From an uncultured Gammaproteobacteria bacterium (GTDB lineage: Bacteria; Patescibacteriota; Patescibacteriia; Buchananbacterales; UBA6539), in assembly GCA_964540635.1 (NCBI GenBank), contig CAZINP010000001.1:93364-157363 (forward strand): a stretch of DNA of 64,000 nucleotides. The letters are read 5' to 3'. A program made the translations under genes and the position numbers. The notes below the pieces were generated by a model. The model worked only from the letters and a program-made list of their open reading frames with translations. It was not told the origin of the DNA and did no database searches. This document shows, piece by piece, positions 46,844 through 55,658 of this stretch; position 1 is the stretch's first letter, and each line of letters opens with the position of its first letter.

Positions 46844-48803
46844 TTTCGCCCAAATCTATTTTCGGTCCAACACTTTGAGTTTTGTCAATTTTTATTCTTG
46901 TTGAGCGCCAAGGAGTAATAGTAAGCTGGCCGACTTCTATCTTTTCAATTTGTATAAATAAGCGACAGGGGTAATAAGGTTGCAAAGAAATAATTTTTAA
47001 CCAATGATTGGACTGAACATAAATTTGATTTAAGGTGTCGTTTTTGTTCAGCAGGCCATAATTAAATAATTGATATTTTTCGTATACAATTTTGTTATCT
47101 CTTTCGCAGGTAAGATGTTGCTGGTAGTCGGTGGCAAGAGGAGAATTAATTTTCCAAAATAGTTTAAGTTGATTGTTTACCGAATCAAATCCAAGAAAGT
47201 CTATTGAAGCATTAATTGATGCTTGTTTTTTTATTTTAATATCAGGCATTTCTTGATATATTTTTACTAAGTCTATTTGGTCACCCTCTCCGCGTTTTAG
47301 GATTGCTCCTTGGCTGTTGGCAAAGATTAAGCCAAAGCCCGAAAGGTTTTTTGTCCAATTTTCCACGGCGAGATCATATTCTTTAGCAAAGGCTTTATTT
47401 AGGCCATATTGAATTTTGTAAGAAAAAATATCTTGAAAATCAATAATAATATATTCAGTTGAGCTTGGCAGGGCATAGTCTTTGAGTAAAAATTGCTGTT
47501 TATTTAAGAAAACATAATTAAAAGAGTAAACTTCTTTTCTTGAGCTCAGCGGGGCTAAGAATTTATAGCTAGCGGCAACAGATGATTGTTTTGGTATCTT
47601 GTTTATTAATTCATTGTAGGCGGCGATTTCTTGCTTATCACTTGGTTTAAATAATTCTTGTGCCAAGCCGGGCAAGGGACCAAAACCAAAACCGCTATAA
47701 GCAACCGCAGCAATCACAATTACCAGTGTTAATTTTTTTTCCAAAAACAAATAATTTAAATATTTTGGCGGATGATAGTTGACGTCGGTAATAGCTTTTG
47801 TGCCAAATATCCAGGCAATAAAAATTCCTGGTAAAAGCAGGGCTGAATATTGAGTATATAAAATCATTCCTAAAAACATCCAATAAACACCGCTGACCAA
47901 TTGAATAAAAATTAAAGCACTCAGCAGTAGATAACGCGGCTTAAATAGTGACACATAAGCGCTAGGCAAAAGCAGGGCAGTAAAAAGAATTAAGCTTCCC
48001 GGGCTGAATATTTTTGGCAATATTAACCATGGGTGCAATAATAAATTTTTTATCATTTCATCAAGGCTGTTTCCCAGCCAAGAATAATAGAGAAGAAATT
48101 TATATGAACCGCTTAGGGAATAGTAGCTACTTATCTTGATTGCAAATATAAAATAAAAGACACTAAAAATAAACGGACAAATTATCCATTTAATTTTTTT
48201 TCTATCAAAGAGGGCTAGTATCGAAAAAACCACCATGACCAAAGCAACATCCTCGCGGCACATTAAACCTAAAGCCATTGCCAAAATAAATAAAGTAAAT
48301 TGATTTTTTTGGTAAAAATAAAAAGTCCAAAAAATCGCCAGAGTGGCAAAAGGCAAAAAACTTACTTCAAATAAATTAATATTTTGAACAAAGGGATTGA
48401 AAAGCCAAAGAAAGGCAAAGAGAAATCCCCAACCTGACCCCAATTTATTTTTGGCAATTAAATATATCGGTTGGGCGCAAAGAGCTAGGGTTAGCGTCTG
48501 AAGTAAAATTAAGAAGGTTGGTTGTGGCCAAAGTTTATAAAATGGTAATAATAAAAATAAAATCGGACTAAAGTGATCACCTAAATAAGTTGGCGGATGA
48601 ATACTTGAAGCAAAAAAGTTTCCGTGGCTGGAATTATAAAAAACATTATTAATAATGCCTAAGTCCATGGCCTCATACCCATAATGAAAATACTTTATTA
48701 AAACAATTGTACCAAAGGTGATTAAATAACCAATAACAAGTAATAAAGTAATTACCGGTTCGTATTTATATAAAAAATTTTTTAATTTTTGCCTTAAGTC
48801 CAT
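46833..48803 (-). CDS. Large polytopic membrane protein (DUF2079-like, putative GT-C-type)
   Basis: N-terminus EAMDLGIINNVFYNSSHG, followed by about 12 TM helices and a C-terminal domain. Confidence 0.45.
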   Translation of the reverse strand: MDLRQKLKNFLYKYEPVITLLLVIGYLITFGTIVLIKYFHYGYEAMDLGIINNVFYNSSHGNFFASSIHPPTYLGDHFSPILFLLLPFYKLWPQPTFLILLQTLTLALCAQPIYLIAKNKLGSGWGFLFAFLWLFNPFVQNINLFEVSFLPFATLAIFWTFYFYQKNQFTLFILAMALGLMCREDVALVMVVFSILALFDRKKIKWIICPFIFSVFYFIFAIKISSYYSLSGSYKFLLYYSWLGNSLDEMIKNLLLHPWLILPKIFSPGSLILFTALLLPSAYVSLFKPRYLLLSALIFIQLVSGVYWMFLGMILYTQYSALLLPGIFIAWIFGTKAITDVNYHPPKYLNYLFLEKKLTLVIVIAAVAYSGFGFGPLPGLAQELFKPSDKQEIAAYNELINKIPKQSSVAASYKFLAPLSSRKEVYSFNYVFLNKQQFLLKDYALPSSTEYIIIDFQDIFSYKIQYGLNKAFAKEYDLAVENWTKNLSGFGLIFANSQGAILKRGEGDQIDLVKIYQEMPDIKIKKQASINASIDFLGFDSVNNQLKLFWKINSPLATDYQQHLTCERDNKIVYEKYQLFNYGLLNKNDTLNQIYVQSNHWLKIISLQPYYPCRLFIQIEKIEVGQLTITPWRSTRIKIDKTQSVGPKIDLGEINL

Positions 48804-48879
48804 GATATTATATTAATATTAAATTGTATAAAAGACAATAAAAAAAATCGGGGAGAGCGTCCCCGATTTTTTGTAAATT

Positions 48880-49302
48880 TTATTCAATTCCACCGGCGCC
48901 GGTCGCAATCAATAAATTATCAATGACAAAGTAGGTAATAATATAGGCGCAAACTACAATGGCAACGCCAATAACAGCCGCACTGATAATACCTTTGGCC
49001 TTGCTAATTTTATCATCATTGCCAGCGGCTGTCATCCAGGTAAAGCCCGCATATAAAATTAGAACCAAGAATATAATTCCCAAAAAGCCTAGAGCGATTT
49101 TGACGATGTTAGAAATTGATTCAGCCAAGGTGTTTGAGGAAACGTCATCTTGACCGTATATATCTTTAACCGGTTCAAGTTGTTCACCGATTAAATTTCC
49201 AATTTCGTCCCCGGCCGCAAAAGTCAGGGCTGGCGCGATTGCCACTGTCATTAAGTTGATGGCCAAGATTAGGCCAATCAAGCTAAAAACTTTAAATTTC
49301 AT
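48880..49302 (-). CDS. Pilin-like two-helix membrane protein, paralog 1 (VirB2/TrbC-like topology)
   Basis: Signal peptide, variable region, TM1 ending in YAGFTWMTAAGNDDKISKAKGII, then TM2. Confidence 0.55.
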   Translation of the reverse strand: MKFKVFSLIGLILAINLMTVAIAPALTFAAGDEIGNLIGEQLEPVKDIYGQDDVSSNTLAESISNIVKIALGFLGIIFLVLILYAGFTWMTAAGNDDKISKAKGIISAAVIGVAIVVCAYIITYFVIDNLLIATGAGGIE

Positions 49303-49430
49303 AGGCTTTTATTTATATTTAATTTACTTTTTTATTATATCAAATTTTATATAGATTGACAAATAAGCTTAAATGTGGTAATATTTAATGTTTCTTGGTG
49401 TGAAAATAAGGCAAAATAGGAGAATCTGCC

Positions 49431-49805
49431 ATGAAAAAAGTGCTCTTTGCGGCTGTGGCCGCGATGGTGCTTGGCGTTGGATGCGCCACGGTACCAAATG
49501 AAAACCTGTTGCGCCAAGGCGCACTGGTTAACTACTGCACCGACAATGCGGTGGTGTTTCTGGTCGTCGGTGATTCCGGCGACGGGTCGGTTTGCACCAC
49601 GGTGCCCAAGGCCCTTAAAACGCCCGAAGGCATCAAACCCGGTGTCGCCCCCGTCAGCCTGTATGGGAAGCGGTACTACTGGGTCGAGACGACCAAGGTC
49701 GGGTGTCAGCACCCTTATCAAAAAGGGAATATCTGGGTGGACAAGTTTCGCTCCGATACCCAAATTGAGGGGGTAGCTTACGACTTCGGGATTTACGCCC
49801 GATAG
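49431..49805 (+). CDS. High-GC lipoprotein, hypothetical
   Basis: Lipobox LGVGCAT. GC about 58%. Promoter TTGACA-17-TAATAT at 49359-49387; SD aggaga. Terminator at 49839-49872. Confidence 0.55.
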   Translation: MKKVLFAAVAAMVLGVGCATVPNENLLRQGALVNYCTDNAVVFLVVGDSGDGSVCTTVPKALKTPEGIKPGVAPVSLYGKRYYWVETTKVGCQHPYQKGNIWVDKFRSDTQIEGVAYDFGIYAR

Positions 49806-49922
49806 TCAACACCTTCCACCGGTTTTACCCGAGGCGGAGCGCTCTTAGCGCCCCGCCTCTTTCTTTTGCTGGAATAAAAAAAGACGGGACGCTAGGTCCC
49901 GTCTCGGATAATTTTATAATGT

Positions 49923-50354
49923 TTAATCCAGGCCAGCCCCACCGCGCGTTGCCTCAAGGGCCTGATCAATAACAAAGTAGGTAATAACGTAAGCCATTAA
50001 AATTATAAGCAAACCAATGACTGCTCCTTTCATGATGGCCTTGGCTTTATCAATTTTTTCCTCATTGCCGGCTGAGGTCATCCATAAAAAACCGGAGTAT
50101 AAAATTAACAGAAAGAAAAGTAAGCCTAAAAACGAAAGCAGCATTTTAAGAACCGCGCTAACCATTGAGCCGATTGAATATTGAGTGCCAAGGCCGGAGG
50201 TTTCAATAAAAGCCTGATTTTGCTTATCCAGCTCAGCTTGAGATTCGCTGTCTAGGAGTTGCATCTCTTGCTGGGCCAAAGCCGGCATTGCCATAAAACC
50301 CAAAGCAAAAATCATGGCGGTTAAAATTAAATTTTTTAAAATTGTTTTTTTCAT
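49923..50354 (-). CDS. Pilin-like paralog 2
   Basis: YSGFLWMTSAGNEEKIDKAKAIM motif. Terminator hairpin at 49884-49910. Confidence 0.55.
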   Translation of the reverse strand: MKKTILKNLILTAMIFALGFMAMPALAQQEMQLLDSESQAELDKQNQAFIETSGLGTQYSIGSMVSAVLKMLLSFLGLLFFLLILYSGFLWMTSAGNEEKIDKAKAIMKGAVIGLLIILMAYVITYFVIDQALEATRGGAGLD

Positions 50355-50356
50355 AT

Positions 50357-50779
50357 TTATGAGCTATAAGGCACCGAGGAAGTGCCGCTGATTAACATAT
50401 TGGCGACAAAAGTGTAAATGGCGGCCGCACAGATGATAATAATAATTCCAATAATTCCATTCTTAATTATGCTCTTGGCTTTTTCAATTTTTTCCTCATT
50501 GCCGGCAGAAGTTAGATATAGGAAGCCGCCGTAGACGGTAAAAGAAACGAAGATTATGCCAATTAGGGAGATAACCGTTTTGACGATTGTGCCAACGACT
50601 CTGGACAGTCCGGTTTCGTCAACCGAGGTGTCATAACCGGCGCCATTGCTGCCAGCAGCTTGGTTTAAAACTGAATTTATTGTATCGGGTTGAGTCGCCG
50701 CGGTCGGACTTTGGGCCAAGACGCTAAATGGTATTGTAAGAGCAGCAATCAAGCAAACGAATAAAATAATTTTTTTCAT
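50357..50779 (-). CDS. Pilin-like paralog 3
   Basis: Start placed at MKKIILF. YGGFLYLTSAGNEEKIEKAKSII motif. Confidence 0.5.
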   Translation of the reverse strand: MKKIILFVCLIAALTIPFSVLAQSPTAATQPDTINSVLNQAAGSNGAGYDTSVDETGLSRVVGTIVKTVISLIGIIFVSFTVYGGFLYLTSAGNEEKIEKAKSIIKNGIIGIIIIICAAAIYTFVANMLISGTSSVPYSS

Positions 50780-50792
50780 AAGTATAAGAATA

Positions 50793-51236
50793 TTAATCGG
50801 TGGTTTCAAATGGCTCATCCGATTGTGAACCGACATTATAACTCGTGGCGCGCCCAACGCCATATATAACAAAGCGGGTAATGGCGTAGGCGGATAAAAC
50901 AATAATTAGGCCAATAATACTGCCGCGCAAGATTGACTTTGCTTTATCAACTTTTTCCTCATTGCCGGCTGAAATTAAGTAAAGGTAGCCGGCGTAAACC
51001 GTATAGGTTAAAAAAATTAGACCAAGAATTGATAAGAAGACATTTATAATCTGGCCGATTGTTTGGGCAATTGGTCTGGAGCCAAAACCGGCCGACGAAC
51101 CAACCGTAGCTAGTTTGCCGGATATATTAAGGGTGCTTGCAGTACTGCCGGTTGTCTGAGCAAGAGCGCCTAGAGGTATGGCAACCAAGAAGGTGAGTAA
51201 GAAAATTGCAATTAATTTTTTTTGGATTATTTTCAT
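50793..51236 (-). CDS. Pilin-like paralog 4
   Basis: Start placed at MKIIQKK. YAGYLYLISAGNEEKVDKAKSIL motif. Confidence 0.5.
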   Translation of the reverse strand: MKIIQKKLIAIFLLTFLVAIPLGALAQTTGSTASTLNISGKLATVGSSAGFGSRPIAQTIGQIINVFLSILGLIFLTYTVYAGYLYLISAGNEEKVDKAKSILRGSIIGLIIVLSAYAITRFVIYGVGRATSYNVGSQSDEPFETTD

Positions 51237-51237
51237 A

Positions 51238-51630
51238 TTATTTGATTGTTTTTTCAAGGCTGGTGGTGACAAAGTAACTGATGCCGTAAGCAGAAAGCAC
51301 GACAATTAAACCGACTACGGCTGCTTTAATGATGTCTTTGGCTTTTTCAATTTCATCTTCTCGGCCCATGGCCATTAACCATTTATAACCGCCATAAATT
51401 ATTAAAACCAGAAAAATAACACCCAAAAAGCTAAGAAAAACACTGATGGCCGAGCCAACAATATTTAAGGCTTTGGTGTCATCCGACCCGGTAGAGGGCA
51501 GGTTAACGGCACTTAGAGCCCCTTGCATTTGAGTGGTTATGCCACTTGCTGCCAAGCAACCTAGGGTGGGGACGGCAATAATTGTTGAGGCGAGAATCAG
51601 GCTGAAAAAGATTTTTTTGTATTTATTCAT
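51238..51630 (-). CDS. Pilin-like paralog 5
   Basis: YGGYKWLMAMGREDEIEKAKDII; a divergent member. Confidence 0.5.
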   Translation of the reverse strand: MNKYKKIFFSLILASTIIAVPTLGCLAASGITTQMQGALSAVNLPSTGSDDTKALNIVGSAISVFLSFLGVIFLVLIIYGGYKWLMAMGREDEIEKAKDIIKAAVVGLIVVLSAYGISYFVTTSLEKTIK

Positions 51631-51638
51631 AATTAAAT

Positions 51639-52049
51639 TTAAGCCGAAACACGGCCGATATTAATTAAGATGAATTCGGTAATTATTCTGGCAGAAATTA
51701 TGATTATCAAGCCAATAATAAATTGTTTAATCATCTCTTTGGCCTTTTCGATTTGTTCTTCATTGCCTTTAGCTGTCATCCACAAAAAGCCGGCATAAAT
51801 TACGCCCAACAAGAAAACGGTGCCCAAAAAAGTCAAAAGATAATTAACAATTTTCATTAAACTGTTTAAAAATGTGGTTTGATCAACCTTAACCGCCTGT
51901 CCGCCACCAATAGCCGTATCGGTGTAAGTTTTTACGCTTCCAGAAATTCGATCAAATACCGAAGCGGCATACAAACCGGGGGCAAAGGTTAATGCTAAAA
52001 ATAGGGAGATCAGTATTAAGGCGAATAAATGTTTTTTTAAATTTTTCAT
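51639..52049 (-). CDS. Pilin-like paralog 6
   Basis: YAGFLWMTAKGNEEQIEKAKEMI. Confidence 0.55.
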   Translation of the reverse strand: MKNLKKHLFALILISLFLALTFAPGLYAASVFDRISGSVKTYTDTAIGGGQAVKVDQTTFLNSLMKIVNYLLTFLGTVFLLGVIYAGFLWMTAKGNEEQIEKAKEMIKQFIIGLIIIISARIITEFILINIGRVSA

Positions 52050-52456
52050 GAGGTTTGAATAGTGGTTCCTAAAATAAATAAGGCGATTTCAACTATAATG
52101 CGTGCAGAGAGAATAATGGCTAAGCCGATAACGGCGTTAATCATAAGGCTCTTGGCTCTGGTTACCTGCTCTTCGTTGCCCTTGGCCATAAACCAAAGAT
52201 AGCCGGCATAAATGATATTTACCATAAAAAGCGCTCCCATTAGAAACAGCATGCCATTTAGGAAATTTACCCAAGCCGGAACAAATTCAATTGATGGTTT
52301 ACCGTCACTTCCTTGGCTGTATCCCGCACTTTTACCGGTGGCGGAAAATCCTTTGATAATTGTGTCAAAGGCGCTGGCCGAAGCGGCTTGGGCCCAAAGT
52401 AATCCAAAAGTTAAAATCGAAGCAGTATTAAAAATTTTTTGACCGATATTTTTCAT
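52046..52456 (-). CDS. Pilin-like paralog 7
   Basis: YAGYLWFMAKGNEEQVTRAKSLM. Confidence 0.55.
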   Translation of the reverse strand: MKNIGQKIFNTASILTFGLLWAQAASASAFDTIIKGFSATGKSAGYSQGSDGKPSIEFVPAWVNFLNGMLFLMGALFMVNIIYAGYLWFMAKGNEEQVTRAKSLMINAVIGLAIILSARIIVEIALFILGTTIQTS

Positions 52457-52459
52457 ATA

Positions 52460-52852
52460 TTAATTTCCGGTTGCTGCTTTAAGGGCGGCCAGCATGGTAT
52501 AAACCAAAGCGTATGAAAGAAAAATAACAATCATGCCGTTTATGCCGTTGACAATAAAGCCTTTGGCTTTGCCGATTTTCTCTTCGTTGCCGCCAGCTGT
52601 CATCCATAAGTAACCCCCAACCAAAGTAATTGTCATAAACACGACACCAACAACGGCAAACATATAATTTACAAATCGTCCGATTATTGTTGGCAGGTCG
52701 TTACTGGTTTTAAGGCCGGTATCGCCGGCAGTTTGATTGAGTCCGGCCTGGACCTGTCCCAAGCCGGTTGAGGCCGTGTCAGCTAAAACTAAACCCGGCA
52801 GAATAATTAGAGCCAGAAGACAGAAAATAAATATGTGTTTTTTAAATCTCAT
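52460..52852 (-). CDS. Pilin-like paralog 8
   Basis: VGGYLWMTAGGNEEKIGKAKGFI. Confidence 0.55.
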   Translation of the reverse strand: MRFKKHIFIFCLLALIILPGLVLADTASTGLGQVQAGLNQTAGDTGLKTSNDLPTIIGRFVNYMFAVVGVVFMTITLVGGYLWMTAGGNEEKIGKAKGFIVNGINGMIVIFLSYALVYTMLAALKAATGN

Positions 52853-52935
52853 GTCCGTAGTGTGTTAAAGGGGAGACCCCAGAAAAAACCGGCAGCCTCC
52901 CCTTGTTTTCGTATGTGAGTTAAGAAATTCTGAAA

Positions 52936-53295
52936 TTAGATTGCGCCAGTTGCGGTTAAAAGCTGAGAAATCACAAAGGTAGCCAAAGCGTAGGCCGTGA
53001 AAATAATTACCAAGCCGATAATGCCGGCAGTAATTACCTTTTTGGCTTCACCAACTTTTTCCTCATTGCCGCCGGAAGTCATCCACCTGAAGCCACCCCA
53101 GAGAATAATGATGATGGCTAAAATGCCCAAGAAGCCCAATAAAACGTTGACGACATTCATAACGCCCTCGCGAATATCATTGGTACCTAAGCCGGTGTAA
53201 GTGCCATATTCAATACCGGTGTCTAAAGCCAAAACCGGCATTACGCTTAAAGCGAATATGGTGGTTACGGTCATTAGGGTTGCGATTTTTTTCAT
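52936..53295 (-). CDS. Pilin-like paralog 9
   Basis: Start placed at MKKIATL with SD gggagg. WGGFRWMTSGGNEEKVGEAKKVI. Confidence 0.5.
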   Translation of the reverse strand: MKKIATLMTVTTIFALSVMPVLALDTGIEYGTYTGLGTNDIREGVMNVVNVLLGFLGILAIIIILWGGFRWMTSGGNEEKVGEAKKVITAGIIGLVIIFTAYALATFVISQLLTATGAI

Positions 53296-53423
53296 TTTTT
53301 TTGCACCTCCCTTCAAAACTTTTGTTTTGAAAAATTATTAAATTTTAATTAATATTCTTATCTAATTATAATAAATTATGTATAACTGTGTCAAACAATA
53401 GTTTTACCACAGTTATACATAAT

Positions 53424-54230
53424 TCATTCAGTAAAAAGGTTAGAGCAAGTGCAGCTGAAGTTTGTGCTGACCGCCTCACCAGCTTCATTTTGTCCGCCAA
53501 CCATCAATACATTACACGTGCAATCGGGGCAAGATTCGGCACAGCTGCTTTGACAAAGACTTTGAGCCTCACTGTATGTTATTTCTTTGTCGGTATAAGA
53601 AAAGCTACACCTGTGTTCTTCCCTTGTTTCATCTGCTTGAGGTGTTGGTTGAGCTTCTATGTTTGGCGCCACTGCCGTGTTGGGGTTTGATTGTGTATTT
53701 TCTGATGGCGTCTGTGAATTACTCTGACTTTGGGTGGCGCCAGAACCGGGTGATTCAATTTGTTGGGTTTGAAACCAATTTTGGTTAAAAATTTGAGCGG
53801 TGGCGCCAACTTGACCTTTGGTTAAAGCGGCGATGGTGGTATTTACGATTAACCAAGAAGTTAGCATGATTACCAGGCCGACAACGGCCGCGGTTATTGC
53901 TTGCTTGCCCTTTTCTATCATTTCCGGTTTACCGGCAGAAAGTATCCAGAGTACTCCGCCGTACAAAAAGGCCAAAAGCGCCAAGCTACCGGCTAGGCCG
54001 AGCAATAATTGTGTAAAATTTACTACTGTTTGCATTATTTCGTTAAGACCGCAATCATTGACATTTCCACTTGAAGCTCCGGTATCAGTACACTTGCTTG
54101 GTATTAATCTGCCGCCTGATATGCCGATGGCGGAAAGAAAAGCGTTACCTTCAGCGGCTAGGGCGGGAGTTATTAAAAATAAAAACCCAATTAAAATCAG
54201 GCCTACGGTCAAGAAGTGTTTTTTTCTCAT
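53424..54230 (-). CDS. Pilin-like paralog 10 with a C-terminal S/T/Q-rich linker and Cys-rich domain
   Basis: YGGVLWILSAGKPEMIEKGKQAI core. After it comes a roughly 130-aa extension with 9 Cys (CSFSY...CQSSCAESCPDCTCN...CTCS). Confidence 0.5.
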   Translation of the reverse strand: MRKKHFLTVGLILIGFLFLITPALAAEGNAFLSAIGISGGRLIPSKCTDTGASSGNVNDCGLNEIMQTVVNFTQLLLGLAGSLALLAFLYGGVLWILSAGKPEMIEKGKQAITAAVVGLVIMLTSWLIVNTTIAALTKGQVGATAQIFNQNWFQTQQIESPGSGATQSQSNSQTPSENTQSNPNTAVAPNIEAQPTPQADETREEHRCSFSYTDKEITYSEAQSLCQSSCAESCPDCTCNVLMVGGQNEAGEAVSTNFSCTCSNLFTE

Positions 54231-54246
54231 ATTATATTTATTCTAA

Positions 54247-55638
54247 CTAGTAAGTTTGCTGAATTTTTTGAACCGCCAATTCAACCGCATCTTTTAATTC
54301 TTGGCCATTTCTGACCATTTCAATCATGGAATTAAAATTTTGCTGCATTGTTTGCGGATCTTTGCCTTGGTACCAGCTTTTAGCGGTTAAAAGTTGATCG
54401 GCAAAAACTTTTAATTTATCGTTTGCCTGTTGATCAGTAACCAGCGCGCGCAAAGCCGTGGGCTTGCCGGTGGCCGTAAGATACTTTTCCGCTTCGGCTT
54501 TTTTGGAGATGAATTGAACAAAGTCCCAAGCTTCATTGATATTTTTACTCTTTTTTGAAACGGTATTTATGCTGTAATTGGCAAAATTAATTTCCGGACG
54601 GCCTTCAATTTGCGGAATTTTGCTGATACCATAATTGAGCTTGCCGCCGCGCTTGGTTTCTAAATATTTAATGTCGCTGAAATAGCCAAAAATCATAGCG
54701 ACTCTGCCCTGGGCAAAAGCATCCAAAGAATTAGGAAATGAATCGTTCCAGGTATAGACTTCCCTTGAGGGGTTGGAAAAATCAGTAAAAAATCTGATGG
54801 CTTCCGGACCGGGATTGTAATTTTTTATTGTAATATCTTGTGGAACAACACCAAAAGTGACTTGATTGCCGGTTGTCATTTTTGCCCCATTCTGCATCAT
54901 AAGAAGTGATAAAATGTCGGCTGAATAATTAATGTTTTTTCCAGACCCCAAGGCCGCACCCGACTGAACCAATTCGCCGTTTTTATCTTGATAGGTCAAA
55001 GCCTTTACGTTTTGTTGCAAGGCCAGCCAATTGGTTGGCGGTAAAGGGATGCCGGCGTTATTCATCAGGTCGCGATTATAAAACATAACCAGGGTGTCCA
55101 TATAAAGCGGCAAGCCGTAGATTTTATCGTCCCTGACAACATCACCATAAACTACATCCAAATAAGCGTCTTTTAATTGAGACGGAGTAATACTTGTGTT
55201 TTCCCTGACTTCGGTGATAGTTTCTTCTTTGATATTTAAAGTTTTTTGAACATACTGATAAGCTACTTTGGTTTTGGCTGGCATGGGTTCAATCTTTGAA
55301 AGATATTTGGTAAGCAAGGTGTTGTTAATGGTGAAAATGTCCGGACCGCGATCTTCGGCCAAAGCATTGAGAAGCTCTTTCTCAAATTCTTCTTCCCTAA
55401 GCTTGCGATAGGTAATGGTGATGTGCGGGTGCTGGGCGCGATAATCGTTAATCATTTGTTCATAAGAAGTTGAGTCATCTTCAAAGCCCCACCAGGTCAG
55501 TTCAACCGGCTGCAGCGCTTGTTGTTCGGAGGGAGTAATAAAATTACAGCGAAAACCTGAGCCAAGCAAAAAAGAAATTAAGAGAAGTGAAACCGTGATT
55601 TTTAATTTTTTGTTTTTCATAAATTTATTCCAGACCAA
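54247..55638 (-). CDS. Extracellular solute-binding protein (family 1, sugar-type), lipoprotein
   Basis: Signal peptide and Cys; LTWWGFEDD...YRKL SBP_bac_1-like N-terminal half. No permease or ATPase genes adjacent. Confidence 0.6.
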   Translation of the reverse strand: MVWNKFMKNKKLKITVSLLLISFLLGSGFRCNFITPSEQQALQPVELTWWGFEDDSTSYEQMINDYRAQHPHITITYRKLREEEFEKELLNALAEDRGPDIFTINNTLLTKYLSKIEPMPAKTKVAYQYVQKTLNIKEETITEVRENTSITPSQLKDAYLDVVYGDVVRDDKIYGLPLYMDTLVMFYNRDLMNNAGIPLPPTNWLALQQNVKALTYQDKNGELVQSGAALGSGKNINYSADILSLLMMQNGAKMTTGNQVTFGVVPQDITIKNYNPGPEAIRFFTDFSNPSREVYTWNDSFPNSLDAFAQGRVAMIFGYFSDIKYLETKRGGKLNYGISKIPQIEGRPEINFANYSINTVSKKSKNINEAWDFVQFISKKAEAEKYLTATGKPTALRALVTDQQANDKLKVFADQLLTAKSWYQGKDPQTMQQNFNSMIEMVRNGQELKDAVELAVQKIQQTY

Positions 55639-55658
55639 TTTTTAAAATTAATGTCGGG

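Noticed and set aside
50780-51305. Long N-terminal extensions of pilin-like paralogs 3 and 4 (track starts 50902 and 51305)
   Set aside because: The extensions overlap the upstream paralogs' coding regions. Internal ATGs with signal peptides (MKKIILF, MKIIQKK) give non-overlapping genes.
48880-54230. Possible CRISPR-like periodicity from the repeated conserved module
   Set aside because: Repeat units are 400-800 bp protein-coding paralogs, not 25-40 bp direct repeats with spacers. No cas genes are present.
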